64,000 bases of DNA, from assembly GCA_032718475.1 (NCBI GenBank), contig JAUCBJ010007942.1, positions 33,021-97,020 on the forward strand, given 5' to 3'. Positions 23,582 to 32,842 of the stretch are shown in pieces; position 1 is the first letter of the stretch; every line of letters begins with the position of its first letter. The notes below the pieces were generated by a model. The model was not told where the DNA came from. It did no database searches and saw only the letters and a program-made list of their open reading frames with translations. A program made the translations under genes and the position numbers. The DNA is from Nemertoderma westbladi. Its lineage: Eukaryota > Animalia > Xenacoelomorpha.

Positions 23582-26116
23582 TTATCTGTTCCTCCTCACG
23601 TCCTCTTCCCTGGCCCGTTTCTTGGTTATCACTGCTCCTCTGGCATCATCCGCTTTCTGTTTCCGGACCTTTGCTGCCACTTCCTTGCTGATCCCGGTCG
23701 TCGGCTCCTTGGGCGCTGGTGTTATTAAAGCCCGATACCGCTTCGCCGGTGGCCCCTCAGAATGGCCTGGTTGTTTCCCTCGTGTGGCGTCCCATAGAAT
23801 CATCTTCATTGCCTTTGGCACGTGTTCCGCCAAGAAATCCCTAAACTCCCTCCGGTTCTCTGGTGTCCACCTGTCCAGGTACCGTTGCGTGTTCATAACT
23901 CCGGCGAACGATGCCGCCGTAGCTACCTCTTGATAGGTAAACGGTAACCTTCGCTTTATGATTTCCATGTGGGTCTCCTGGTTTATGAGGAAGAAACCCC
24001 ACTTGAACTCTTGGGCCTTCATGCGCTGGCGCGTCATGGCCCCGACGTCGGCCCACTCCTCGAACCTCGTGAACTTCTCCTCGTCGCTCATCCAGTCGCA
24101 CTCCCGCCCGTAGTGTCCCCGAAAGTGGCACTTTGGACATCGGTTATGCAACCGTGGACACGCCCCCATCCTGTGACTTGGTTCTCTACAATAGAGACAA
24201 AAGGTTCCCCGTTGGAACCGGTATAGGCAGCTGCTTTCCCGATGGGTCTGTCTCCCACAGTAGTCGCAGCCGAGTACCAATGTCTCGCGTCCCACCTCGT
24301 CCTTCGTCCCAAGCGATCTCCGCGGTCTATGGAGTCGCTGGTAGGCAAACTTCTCCACGTTGCTCTCCCTGTTCACGTCGATCTCTCCGCCCCTCTCGGG
24401 CATTGTCTCCCCGAATACTATCCGTGGTGCCGTTCCCGGTTGCTCGCCCAACCTGATGGTGCTCCCCGCGAAATCCATCGCCGGCCCCTCGTGCACCCAG
24501 GTCCGCTTGCCGGATCTGTTCCAGAAGGCCCTCGCCCCACTGGCCGTCACCACCCTCCCGCCAACCCAGTCCGTGTCCGAGTGGCCTATCCTCTCGATGG
24601 GCGGTATCTCTCCGAACTCGTCGTCGTCGTCCTCCTCTTCCGGTAGTGTCTCCAATCCCGGTATCTCGGTGGATCCACTATGTCCCTTCCCGCCTTGGCT
24701 CTCGCCCGTAGCTCTCCATCCCTCTAGCTCCCTTAACTTCCTCGGCGGTTGGTCGCCCTCGGCGCCCGCTGGTATGGGCATCGCGTGCAACCCCGACGTC
24801 GACTGTTTCGGCGATCCCACCGTCCATCCCAATTCTCGCCCTAGAGACTCCCCCGAACTCCCCGACGAAGTCCAATGAAGTTCGTCTAGGCCCGCCTGTT
24901 CCTCGAAGCCATAACTCTGTGTCCTGGCCTCCTCCTCCCTCTCCTCTGCTTCTATCCTCTCCCGTCTAGCGACTTCTTCCAGTCGCTTTGCTTCCCGTCT
25001 ATCCATCTCTAGCTGCTCCCATCTCTGATACGGTGTGTCTGTCTCCCCATCTACCAGATGTCGGCTATTGTAGTACACCGACTCGCCCTTCAGCCCCGGG
25101 TGGTCTACCAGACCGTCAAAGGCCACTTTAAAGGCTCTCCTGTAGCTTAGGGGTGATCCCGATAACAGAAATGCCCCTGGTTCTCTTTCGATAACTACGG
25201 TCATGAATAAGTTAAGTAAACTTATCATCATCCAGTCCTCCTGCAGGATATATCGCTTCTGATATACCTTTATCGCTCCTCTGCGAAACTGATATACCTC
25301 CTGCTTTCCCGGTCTCGCTCCCCACTTCAGCGAGTTCGCTAGTTCTGCTCCGTATTCTTCCCTAAACTTCCCCCAATCCATTGGTTTGTGGCATACGAGC
25401 CCCAATAATTGGCCCATCGCCACCGCCCCGCATTGGCCTGAGTTCTCGACCACCCCCAATCCATCCGGTGCCGTCATAGCCATAAAGACTTTCTGCATAT
25501 CCAGGAGGTTGGTGGCGTCCGGACCGATGATCCTCTCCGCGTCCTCGCGAATCGCCGATCCCACTTTCGTCGTCGACTTCTCTCTTACTAAAACCTGTAC
25601 CGCTTTCGGCAGTCGGTCTAATTTCGGCCCGTCCTTCTTCCCATACGTCCCTAGGTCGAATAAGAAGATGTCCCCATTTGGCGCTGCCAAATGCAAGAGT
25701 ATGGTCCTGGCCGACCCTGCCGTTCCTCGTCTCGAACCCGCTTCGTCTTCCACGGTTCCCTCGTCATCTAGGATCATATATCCTCCTCTGTTGACGGACT
25801 CTATGAATCTTTTCCAGTCCTTCCTCGGCGATTCCCTCGGATACTTCGGAATCCCGAACTTCGCCTCGTCCCCTTTCACCACGTAGTGGAAGTGTTGGAA
25901 GATCGCGTTGTCCAGCGACGGCGTCCCGTAGGTCCCGACCAACCGCTGTTCGTGCGCCTCCCGGAAGTGATCCTGCAGCGCTCGTGCCGCGTGACCCCTT
26001 TCCAACCTCTCGTAGTATCCTCTCGTCTTCTCCTCCGGGTGTCTTTCGGTGAAATCCACCAATATTTCTTTTCCTCCCGACTCCGCCTTTCTCTTCCTGA
26101 TCAGCTTACTCGCCAT
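23582..26116 (-). CDS. Extra ORF: DEDDy-type (WRN/Mut-7/EXD-like) 3'-5' exonuclease domain, acidic linker and three CCHC zinc knuckles
   Basis: ExoI ILDDEG; TILLHLA...IFLFDL; LPKAVQVLVREKSTTKVGSAIRED (ExoII); LLDMQ; YQKRYILQED (ExoIII-like). Knuckles CDYC-x4-H-x4-C, CLYC-x4-H-x4-C, CPKC-x4-H-x4-C. First ATG at 26116 in GGAATGG context; the ORF track starts at GTG 26125. Confidence 0.8.
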   Translation of the reverse strand: MASKLIRKRKAESGGKEILVDFTERHPEEKTRGYYERLERGHAARALQDHFREAHEQRLVGTYGTPSLDNAIFQHFHYVVKGDEAKFGIPKYPRESPRKDWKRFIESVNRGGYMILDDEGTVEDEAGSRRGTAGSARTILLHLAAPNGDIFLFDLGTYGKKDGPKLDRLPKAVQVLVREKSTTKVGSAIREDAERIIGPDATNLLDMQKVFMAMTAPDGLGVVENSGQCGAVAMGQLLGLVCHKPMDWGKFREEYGAELANSLKWGARPGKQEVYQFRRGAIKVYQKRYILQEDWMMISLLNLFMTVVIEREPGAFLLSGSPLSYRRAFKVAFDGLVDHPGLKGESVYYNSRHLVDGETDTPYQRWEQLEMDRREAKRLEEVARRERIEAEEREEEARTQSYGFEEQAGLDELHWTSSGSSGESLGRELGWTVGSPKQSTSGLHAMPIPAGAEGDQPPRKLRELEGWRATGESQGGKGHSGSTEIPGLETLPEEEDDDDEFGEIPPIERIGHSDTDWVGGRVVTASGARAFWNRSGKRTWVHEGPAMDFAGSTIRLGEQPGTAPRIVFGETMPERGGEIDVNRESNVEKFAYQRLHRPRRSLGTKDEVGRETLVLGCDYCGRQTHRESSCLYRFQRGTFCLYCREPSHRMGACPRLHNRCPKCHFRGHYGRECDWMSDEEKFTRFEEWADVGAMTRQRMKAQEFKWGFFLINQETHMEIIKRRLPFTYQEVATAASFAGVMNTQRYLDRWTPENRREFRDFLAEHVPKAMKMILWDATRGKQPGHSEGPPAKRYRALITPAPKEPTTGISKEVAAKVRKQKADDARGAVITKKRAREEDVRRNR

Positions 26117-26633
26117 TCCGAACACTACACTCGCTCACCTGTAGGGTGGTGCCTTACCAAGGCGCAATACAGATGAGTGATGTATTGAGATGTTTCCTAC
26201 AGTTCGATAATGGCCTACTTTTCTACTTAACTGCGCCTTTCAAGCTTAATTTAACCTAATTAATTTCGGAGCTAGTAAATCAGCCTAATTTACAATTTCC
26301 GTCCGTTACTTTTATTATGTTCTAGAACGACTTTCTTTGTGTTACCACTATTTTCGATTTTTTTTAGCCCTATTCTATTTATTTATCTATTTTGCTTTGA
26401 TTCTACTGTCCTAGTACTTACTGCTGCCTATGGATTTATTCTATTCTCTCTCTGATCCATATTCTGGCCTACTCAGTGGGCCTATGCAGTACAGCAGTAT
26501 GCGTCGTGTGGCCACACGATTTATCCAGCTGCACTCATATGCCCCCCTCTCGCTACTAACTCTACTTACTCCTAACTAATATCTATATCCTATTTTTACC
26601 CCTTTTACCTCTTACTCTCTCTCTCTAACTAAT

Positions 26634-27496
26634 GGTACTACGTACCTACTAACTCTAACTCTGACTAGGTACCACGTACCTACTAACTCTAACTCTATCG
26701 GTACTACCTACCCTTTAACTCTAACTCTAACTAGGCATTACGTACCCTCTAACTCTAACTCTAACTAGGTACTACGTACCTACTAACTCTCTAACTATCG
26801 GTACTACGTACCCTCCAACTCTAACTAACTATTGGTACTACATACCCTCCAACTCTAACTAACTATTGGTACTACGTACCTACTAACTCTAACTCTATCG
26901 GTACTACCTACCCTCTAGCTCTAACTCTAACTAGGCATTACGTACCCTCTAACTCTAACTCTAACTAGGTACTACGTACCTACTAACTCTCTAACTATCG
27001 GTACTACGTACCCTCCAACTCTAACTAACTATTGGTACTACGTACCTACTAACTATAACTCTATCGGTACTACCTACCCTCTAGCTCTAACTCTAACTAG
27101 GCATTACGTACCCTCTAACTCTAACTCTAACTATTGGCACTACGTACCTACTAACTCTAACTCTATCGGTACTACGTACCTACTAACTCTAACTCTATCG
27201 GTACTACGTACCTACTAACTCTAACTCCCTAACTCTAGGTACTACGTACCTACTAACTCTCTAACTCTAACTAGGTACTACGTACCTACTAACTCTCTAA
27301 CTCTAACTAGGTACTACGTACCTACTAACTCTCTAACTCTAACTAGGTACTACGTACCTACTAACTCTCTAACTCTAACTAGGTACTACGTACCTATTAA
27401 CTAACTAACTCTAACTAGGTACTACGTACCTATTAACTAACTAACTCTAACTAGGTACTACGTACCTATTAACTAACTAACTAGGTACTACGTACC
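26634..27496. repeat. 26-unit hairpin minisatellite between pol and the extra ORF
   Basis: Core GGTACTACGTACC (often TAGGTAC-TAC-GTACCTA) plus (CTAACT)n linkers; unit length 30-38 bp. Confidence 0.95.
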
Positions 27497-27634
27497 TCTT
27501 AGCTAATTTCTGCCTACTATGTACTATTATTTTTATTTTATTTTATTTTTATTTGTGTGGGAAGGGCGTCTCGCCCTCAATCCCACCCCCCTCAGTCCAA
27601 AATTTGGACGACTAAACTTCACTCTAACTCCGCT

Positions 27635-30600
27635 TTAAGGTGCCCCTTCTAGAAGACAGCATTTACCTACCGCTCTCCTGTAGGTTTTTCTGTCCTTCGC
27701 ACCTATCTTTCCACCTATCCGCACTTCTACCGATCGGACTCTTCCGTCCTCGTCGGAGTAGGTGCCTACAACTCTCGCCAACCGCCATTGGTTGTTGATG
27801 ATAGTATCATCCGTGACGATTACGAGATCTCCCTCTCTCAACTCCCTGTTTGGTTTCCTCCACTTGCTTCGCTTATGGAGCGTGGGTAGGTATTCTTCTA
27901 CCCACCTCCTCCAATACTCTGCGCTAATTGCTTTAGCTACTTTCCAACTTTGGCGGGAGTGTATATCATCTGGGTCTACACCCCGCATATCTATGGTCGC
28001 TGGCCTTTCCATCAGGAAATGGCTAGGCGTCAACACGTCTAATGACTCAGGGTCATCATTCTCTGGGTATAGCGGTCTGCTATTAATGATCCCCTCGCAC
28101 TTCGCAAGTACTGTCCGTAAGACGTCTTCAGTGACCATGTGGGTGTTCATCAGCTTCGTCATTAGACGTTTTGAACTGCCCACAAGTCTCTCGACGCATC
28201 CTAATGTATGTGGTGCATACGGCGTCCTTCTCTCCCACTTCACTTGTCGTCTCCTCATGGCCGCCCTGACTTCTTCTCCCTCCAAGATGTCTAAGGCCCC
28301 TGCCATCTCACTCTCTGCGCCCACAAAGTTGGTGCCGTTGTCGCTGTATATCACCGCGATCGTCCCACCTTTGCGGTCCCTAAACCTTTCTAAGGCGTTA
28401 ATGAAGGCTGATGCGGTTGCATCTTGGGCGAGTTCTATTCCTACCGCCCGCGTATTGTTGCATACGAAGATAATACCGTAGCGTTTCTCCGTGTGTCGCA
28501 TCACCTTGATCTTTATCGGCCCGAACATGTCCACACCGCAATGCGTAAATGGCGGGTCGTGCTGTCTTACCCTACTCGCCGGTAGTGGCGCCATCTCCTG
28601 TACGGCTCGTTCCTTCTTCGCTCGTCGGCAGGTCTGGCACTGCCCCACTACCGCTTTAACCTTCTTTCTTAATTGTTTGACCCAATAGGTCCTCCTTATC
28701 TCTGTGAGGGTTCGGTTGGTGCCCCCATGCAGTATCGATTTGTGGGAGTCCCATATGATCTGGTGGACTATAGGCGATCCTGTGGGAATGATGATGGGTT
28801 TCGGTGGCACGACTATACTGTTGTTATATCCCACCCTAGAATTCATTACTAGGATCCCATCCTCGTTTAGTTGTGGCGACAGCGTGATCAACTCGCTATC
28901 CCGTCGGAGATGTTGTTGGTTACCGATACGTTCCACCTCGTCGCCGTAGTTCTTGCGTTGTTCATAGCGGATCACTGCCTTGGCCGCTCCTTCCAGATCT
29001 ATGGTTATCCTGGTCTTCTTGTCCTTGCCGACTCCCGCAAGGAAATTCCCAAAGGCTCTCCAGTACGCCACTAGTTTCTTGGTCTTATACCAACTGGAAC
29101 TGTAGCTGAGGAGTTTATCCGTCGGGTTGTCGCATAGTTCCCTTCCTGGTTGCACGTCCCTAATCTCCCTCACCATCTGGGAGTATATCTCTTCTCCCTC
29201 TGAATCTCCCTCTCCTTCTGATATTACTTCCGAGCCCGGGTCCACCTTCCTCATCGGCGGCCAGGCCTCCCTATCGCTCAGAAATTGTGGCCCGTGTTGC
29301 CACAATTCTTCTTTCTTTAAGAAAGTGTGGCGTTCCACGCCCCTCGACAGCAAGTCTGCTGGGTTCTGATCTGTTGGGCAGTAGTGCCACCTTTCCAGTT
29401 CTGTGCTTGCCCTTATTTCGTCCACTCTATTCGCGACGAATATCGGGTATCTCGTCTTTTCGTTGTGTAGCCAACCAAGCACTACCATGGAGTCCGTCCA
29501 GTAGTGTGTCTCCACTATGTTGGGAATTGTATCCACTAGGTAGGCTGTGGCTCTAACTCCTAGTCTCGCAGCTGTCAATTCTAACTTGGGAACAGATGCT
29601 GAATCTGGCGGCGTTGACTTAGCTTTGCTAAAGGCTAGTCTGGGCTTGTGAGGCCCCTCTCGTTGTACTAAATAGAGTGCCGCTCCGTATGCCTCTAACG
29701 ACGCGTCGGAGAACATATGTAAGTCCAGATTCGTCATATTTCCGTCCGGAAAATACACTCGCGGCATGTTGTATGTTCCCATCCTCTCCAAGTCTCCTGT
29801 CCATTTGCTCCACTGTTTCTTGATGTCCTCTGGTACCTCTACATCCCACTCATCCTTTAATTTATATACTCTCTTGAGTATCTGTTTCCCCGTGACTAGT
29901 AGTGGGGATGCTAGGCCTAGGGGATCGTATATCCTTGCTATATACGATACATAACCCCTCTTCGTATGGGTGTCCGCGCCCTCCTGACTCAGCTGATACT
30001 TCAGTTTGTCCGCTTTTCTATCCCACACGATTCCCAACGCCTTCTGCTGGGATTCCGTTCTCTTAATCGCCATGTCCTGTCCTTTGGCTGTTGTAGGGTT
30101 GTCCATGGTCGATTCTGGTTTCTTGTCTTCTATTTCCCTGATAAATTCTTCTGAACTGGATTGGAATTTGGTCAGGTTGAAGCCGGATCCTTTCAGGATG
30201 TCGCGAACCTCGCGCCCTGTTTCCAGTATCTCCTCAACCGTATTTCCAGACTCCATACCGTCGTCTACGTAGAAGCCGCGTCTGATCATATCGACGGCCC
30301 TACTGCTATATCTATCCTCCTTCCCTTTTACCGTGTCTCTTACTGCCATAGTCGTCGTAAATGAGGACGACTTGGCCCCCATGTTTTGTACTACCATCTT
30401 ATATGCCGGTATTATAGGCGGTTCTTCCTCGCCGTTATACCATAAGAAGCGTTGACTATCGCTATCTTCCTCTGTTACTCGGACTTGGTTGAACATGCCT
30501 TCTATGTCACAGGTGAAGGCGTGTTTCCCATTCCGAAACCTAAGTAACACTTCTATGCCCGAATTGTATATGTTTGGGCCCTCTAGTAGGTAATCGTTTA

Positions 30601-32842
30601 AGCACTTTCCGTCGGTCTTTGCCGATGCATCGACTACCATCCTCAGTTTACCTTTCTTTGGGTCTAATGCTACGTGGAGTGGCAGGTAGTATGTCCTGTC
30701 AGTGTTCGGTTCGTCGACCGGTAACTCCACGGCCCATCCTTTCTCGACGTACTTCTTAATGGTTTTGTGAATGTACTCGTTCTTCTCGGGGCTCCGTTGT
30801 AGTGTTTGTTTCAGCTTTCGGAGTCTCGTGAGTACCATCCCTCTATTATCGGGTAGCGGTATCTTCGGTAGCTTCCATACCATTCCTATTGTATACCGCC
30901 CCTCATCACACGTCATCGATTCCTCCACGCTCTGTAGAGCCTGTTTGTCTTCTACCGAGGTCCCGACCCCGGTCTCTTTCAGTCCCTCGAAGTCCTGTCT
31001 GAGCAGTCTTTTAAGCTGCTCCTCTGCTCCCTCATCACCCATTTCCTGCATTGTTCCCGCGAACATGCATCCTGATGTCTCCGACATCCTGAATGGTATC
31101 TTGCTCTTAATTGGACCACTCAGCGTCCACCCGAATGGCGTTAATATGGCCACCGGGTCGCTCTGCTTGTCTTCGCCGAAGACCGTTTGCATTCTCTCGT
31201 GGGCCGTTGGGCAGTCCATTCCTACTATGATGGATACCTTCCTAACGTCCACGTCTGGGATTGAGAAGTCAATGTTGTCCAGGAATTTGTATTGCTCGAC
31301 CTCGATGTTGGTTGGCCGCCTGGCATTGATGTTAATTGACTCTATTACTTGGATGGGGTCGATGGTTGCCCCATAATCGCATCCTGGTGCCACTGCTGCA
31401 ATTGCGCACCGTCCTGTCCTCATCTCTAGGACCTCGTCCTTGCTAGAGATGGTTGTCACCGCCATCCTGCTTGGCCTCGTTCTCAACCCTATTTCTTCGG
31501 CTATCCATTCCTCAACTAGTGTGAAGGCAGCTCCACTATCAACCAGCATTAGTGTTGTTACTGATCGATTGCCTTCCCCGATCACTCGTACTGGTACTAC
31601 TCCAAGTAGCACTGTTCCTCTCTTCTTCGCCCCTACTGTGCTCGTTGCCATCGTCTGGCCTCTCCTTTGGCCAAACTTGACCGGCTTCTCTTGGCATTCC
31701 CTGGCCTTGTGTCCACTCTTTACACATCGCGAGCAGATTTTATTGCTCGACGCGTAATCTATCTGATCTTGCCTCGGTAGCGCCTGCCAGTACCTGCAGT
31801 TCATGGTTTTATGAAGCGCATTTGCGTGTAACTGGCATTTGCTCTTTGGGTCGTAGCCCTCTTTATACAATGCGTTGCGTATCGCAGTTATATTTGTACC
31901 AAAGTCCCTACTGTTCTTATTGACTGGATTTGGCCTACTGGACGTACTGGGGTTATGTTTATTTATGTTGTTATTGTTCCCCTGTCCGTCCCTTGATGTT
32001 GTCTTATCTTCGTTTGTCTGTGGACTTGTAGTCCCCTGCGTCGCTGCGTATGGCAATGATTGTCTGAGCCTCGGCAATGCGTTTGATGTATTGTGCTCTG
32101 GCTTGGGCCTGTAGTGATCTGTCTTTGGTGCCTTTCCCAGGCTATCTTCACTATAGACTGGGTCCGTTATTAGTTCAGCCTCGTAATTTAAGAAGTTTGA
32201 CATTTCTTCTAAACCTGGTTCCGCACCCTTCTTGTCTCGGGTGGAGAAAGCGATCTTCCTCCATTTGTTGCGCAGCCAGCTCGGTAGTGCCTGCGCTATC
32301 GTGGTGATGTTATTGGACGCGTTGAGCTCGTATGGCGCGTCTAGCGTCTTCAGCACGATCAGCGCCTTCTCGACTTTGTTAGCAAACGTCTTAATGCTAA
32401 CGGGATTATCCTGTAGGCCACCCGATGTTATGCCTCTCAGCGTTTGCCTGATGATCTTGGCCGGGTGCCCGTATTCCCTATCCAGTGCCCGCCATGCTGT
32501 CGTGAAGCCGCCCTCTATCCCTTGGTATTGCCTCACGATGTCGTATGCTGGGCCTCCCGTGTACACTTGTAGATACTTTAGGCACTCCGCCTGCGTCAAG
32601 TTTTTTGTTAGTATTTCGTTACTATACATTCGCCGAAACTGTAAGTATTCTTCCGGCCTGCTCCCATCGAATTTGAATGGTTCCACGGGTGGTAGTTCGA
32701 TCCTTGTCTTCAACGCATCGATCAACGTGGCCATCCCCATTGCCTGCGCTTCCAATGGATTCGACGGGTGCTGTATAGTTTCCCCTGTCTGGTGCGGTTC
32801 GTCCGTCCTATTTCTTGATCTTCTCTGACTCGGATATGTCAT
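27635..32842 (-). CDS. pol: BEL/Pao Gag-Pol: DUF1759-type Gag, zinc knuckles, aspartic protease, RT, RNase H, integrase
   Basis: FKFDGS; CQLH..H..C and CSRCVKSGHKAREC; LVDSGA; CDIEGMFNQV; FYVDDG; FSDASLEAYGA; PKLEL; WTDS; HKSILHGG..CQTC; GVDMFGP; SDNGTNF; VERLV; YWRRWVEEYL. Confidence 0.95.
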   Translation of the reverse strand: MTYPSQRRSRNRTDEPHQTGETIQHPSNPLEAQAMGMATLIDALKTRIELPPVEPFKFDGSRPEEYLQFRRMYSNEILTKNLTQAECLKYLQVYTGGPAYDIVRQYQGIEGGFTTAWRALDREYGHPAKIIRQTLRGITSGGLQDNPVSIKTFANKVEKALIVLKTLDAPYELNASNNITTIAQALPSWLRNKWRKIAFSTRDKKGAEPGLEEMSNFLNYEAELITDPVYSEDSLGKAPKTDHYRPKPEHNTSNALPRLRQSLPYAATQGTTSPQTNEDKTTSRDGQGNNNNINKHNPSTSSRPNPVNKNSRDFGTNITAIRNALYKEGYDPKSKCQLHANALHKTMNCRYWQALPRQDQIDYASSNKICSRCVKSGHKARECQEKPVKFGQRRGQTMATSTVGAKKRGTVLLGVVPVRVIGEGNRSVTTLMLVDSGAAFTLVEEWIAEEIGLRTRPSRMAVTTISSKDEVLEMRTGRCAIAAVAPGCDYGATIDPIQVIESININARRPTNIEVEQYKFLDNIDFSIPDVDVRKVSIIVGMDCPTAHERMQTVFGEDKQSDPVAILTPFGWTLSGPIKSKIPFRMSETSGCMFAGTMQEMGDEGAEEQLKRLLRQDFEGLKETGVGTSVEDKQALQSVEESMTCDEGRYTIGMVWKLPKIPLPDNRGMVLTRLRKLKQTLQRSPEKNEYIHKTIKKYVEKGWAVELPVDEPNTDRTYYLPLHVALDPKKGKLRMVVDASAKTDGKCLNDYLLEGPNIYNSGIEVLLRFRNGKHAFTCDIEGMFNQVRVTEEDSDSQRFLWYNGEEEPPIIPAYKMVVQNMGAKSSSFTTTMAVRDTVKGKEDRYSSRAVDMIRRGFYVDDGMESGNTVEEILETGREVRDILKGSGFNLTKFQSSSEEFIREIEDKKPESTMDNPTTAKGQDMAIKRTESQQKALGIVWDRKADKLKYQLSQEGADTHTKRGYVSYIARIYDPLGLASPLLVTGKQILKRVYKLKDEWDVEVPEDIKKQWSKWTGDLERMGTYNMPRVYFPDGNMTNLDLHMFSDASLEAYGAALYLVQREGPHKPRLAFSKAKSTPPDSASVPKLELTAARLGVRATAYLVDTIPNIVETHYWTDSMVVLGWLHNEKTRYPIFVANRVDEIRASTELERWHYCPTDQNPADLLSRGVERHTFLKKEELWQHGPQFLSDREAWPPMRKVDPGSEVISEGEGDSEGEEIYSQMVREIRDVQPGRELCDNPTDKLLSYSSSWYKTKKLVAYWRAFGNFLAGVGKDKKTRITIDLEGAAKAVIRYEQRKNYGDEVERIGNQQHLRRDSELITLSPQLNEDGILVMNSRVGYNNSIVVPPKPIIIPTGSPIVHQIIWDSHKSILHGGTNRTLTEIRRTYWVKQLRKKVKAVVGQCQTCRRAKKERAVQEMAPLPASRVRQHDPPFTHCGVDMFGPIKIKVMRHTEKRYGIIFVCNNTRAVGIELAQDATASAFINALERFRDRKGGTIAVIYSDNGTNFVGAESEMAGALDILEGEEVRAAMRRRQVKWERRTPYAPHTLGCVERLVGSSKRLMTKLMNTHMVTEDVLRTVLAKCEGIINSRPLYPENDDPESLDVLTPSHFLMERPATIDMRGVDPDDIHSRQSWKVAKAISAEYWRRWVEEYLPTLHKRSKWRKPNRELREGDLVIVTDDTIINNQWRLARVVGTYSDEDGRVRSVEVRIGGKIGAKDRKTYRRAVGKCCLLEGAP

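Noticed and set aside
23582-26125. env gene
   Set aside because: No signal peptide, TM anchor or fusion-protein features; nuclease and knuckle motifs instead.
26650-27480. Telomeric repeat ((TTAGAG)n on the minus strand)
   Set aside because: Only 2-3 hexamers per unit, interrupted by the hairpin core and internal to an element.
26634-27496. CRISPR-like array (palindromic repeat plus spacers)
   Set aside because: Linkers are low-complexity variants of one (CTAACT)n sequence rather than unique spacers; the context is a eukaryotic retrotransposon with no cas genes.
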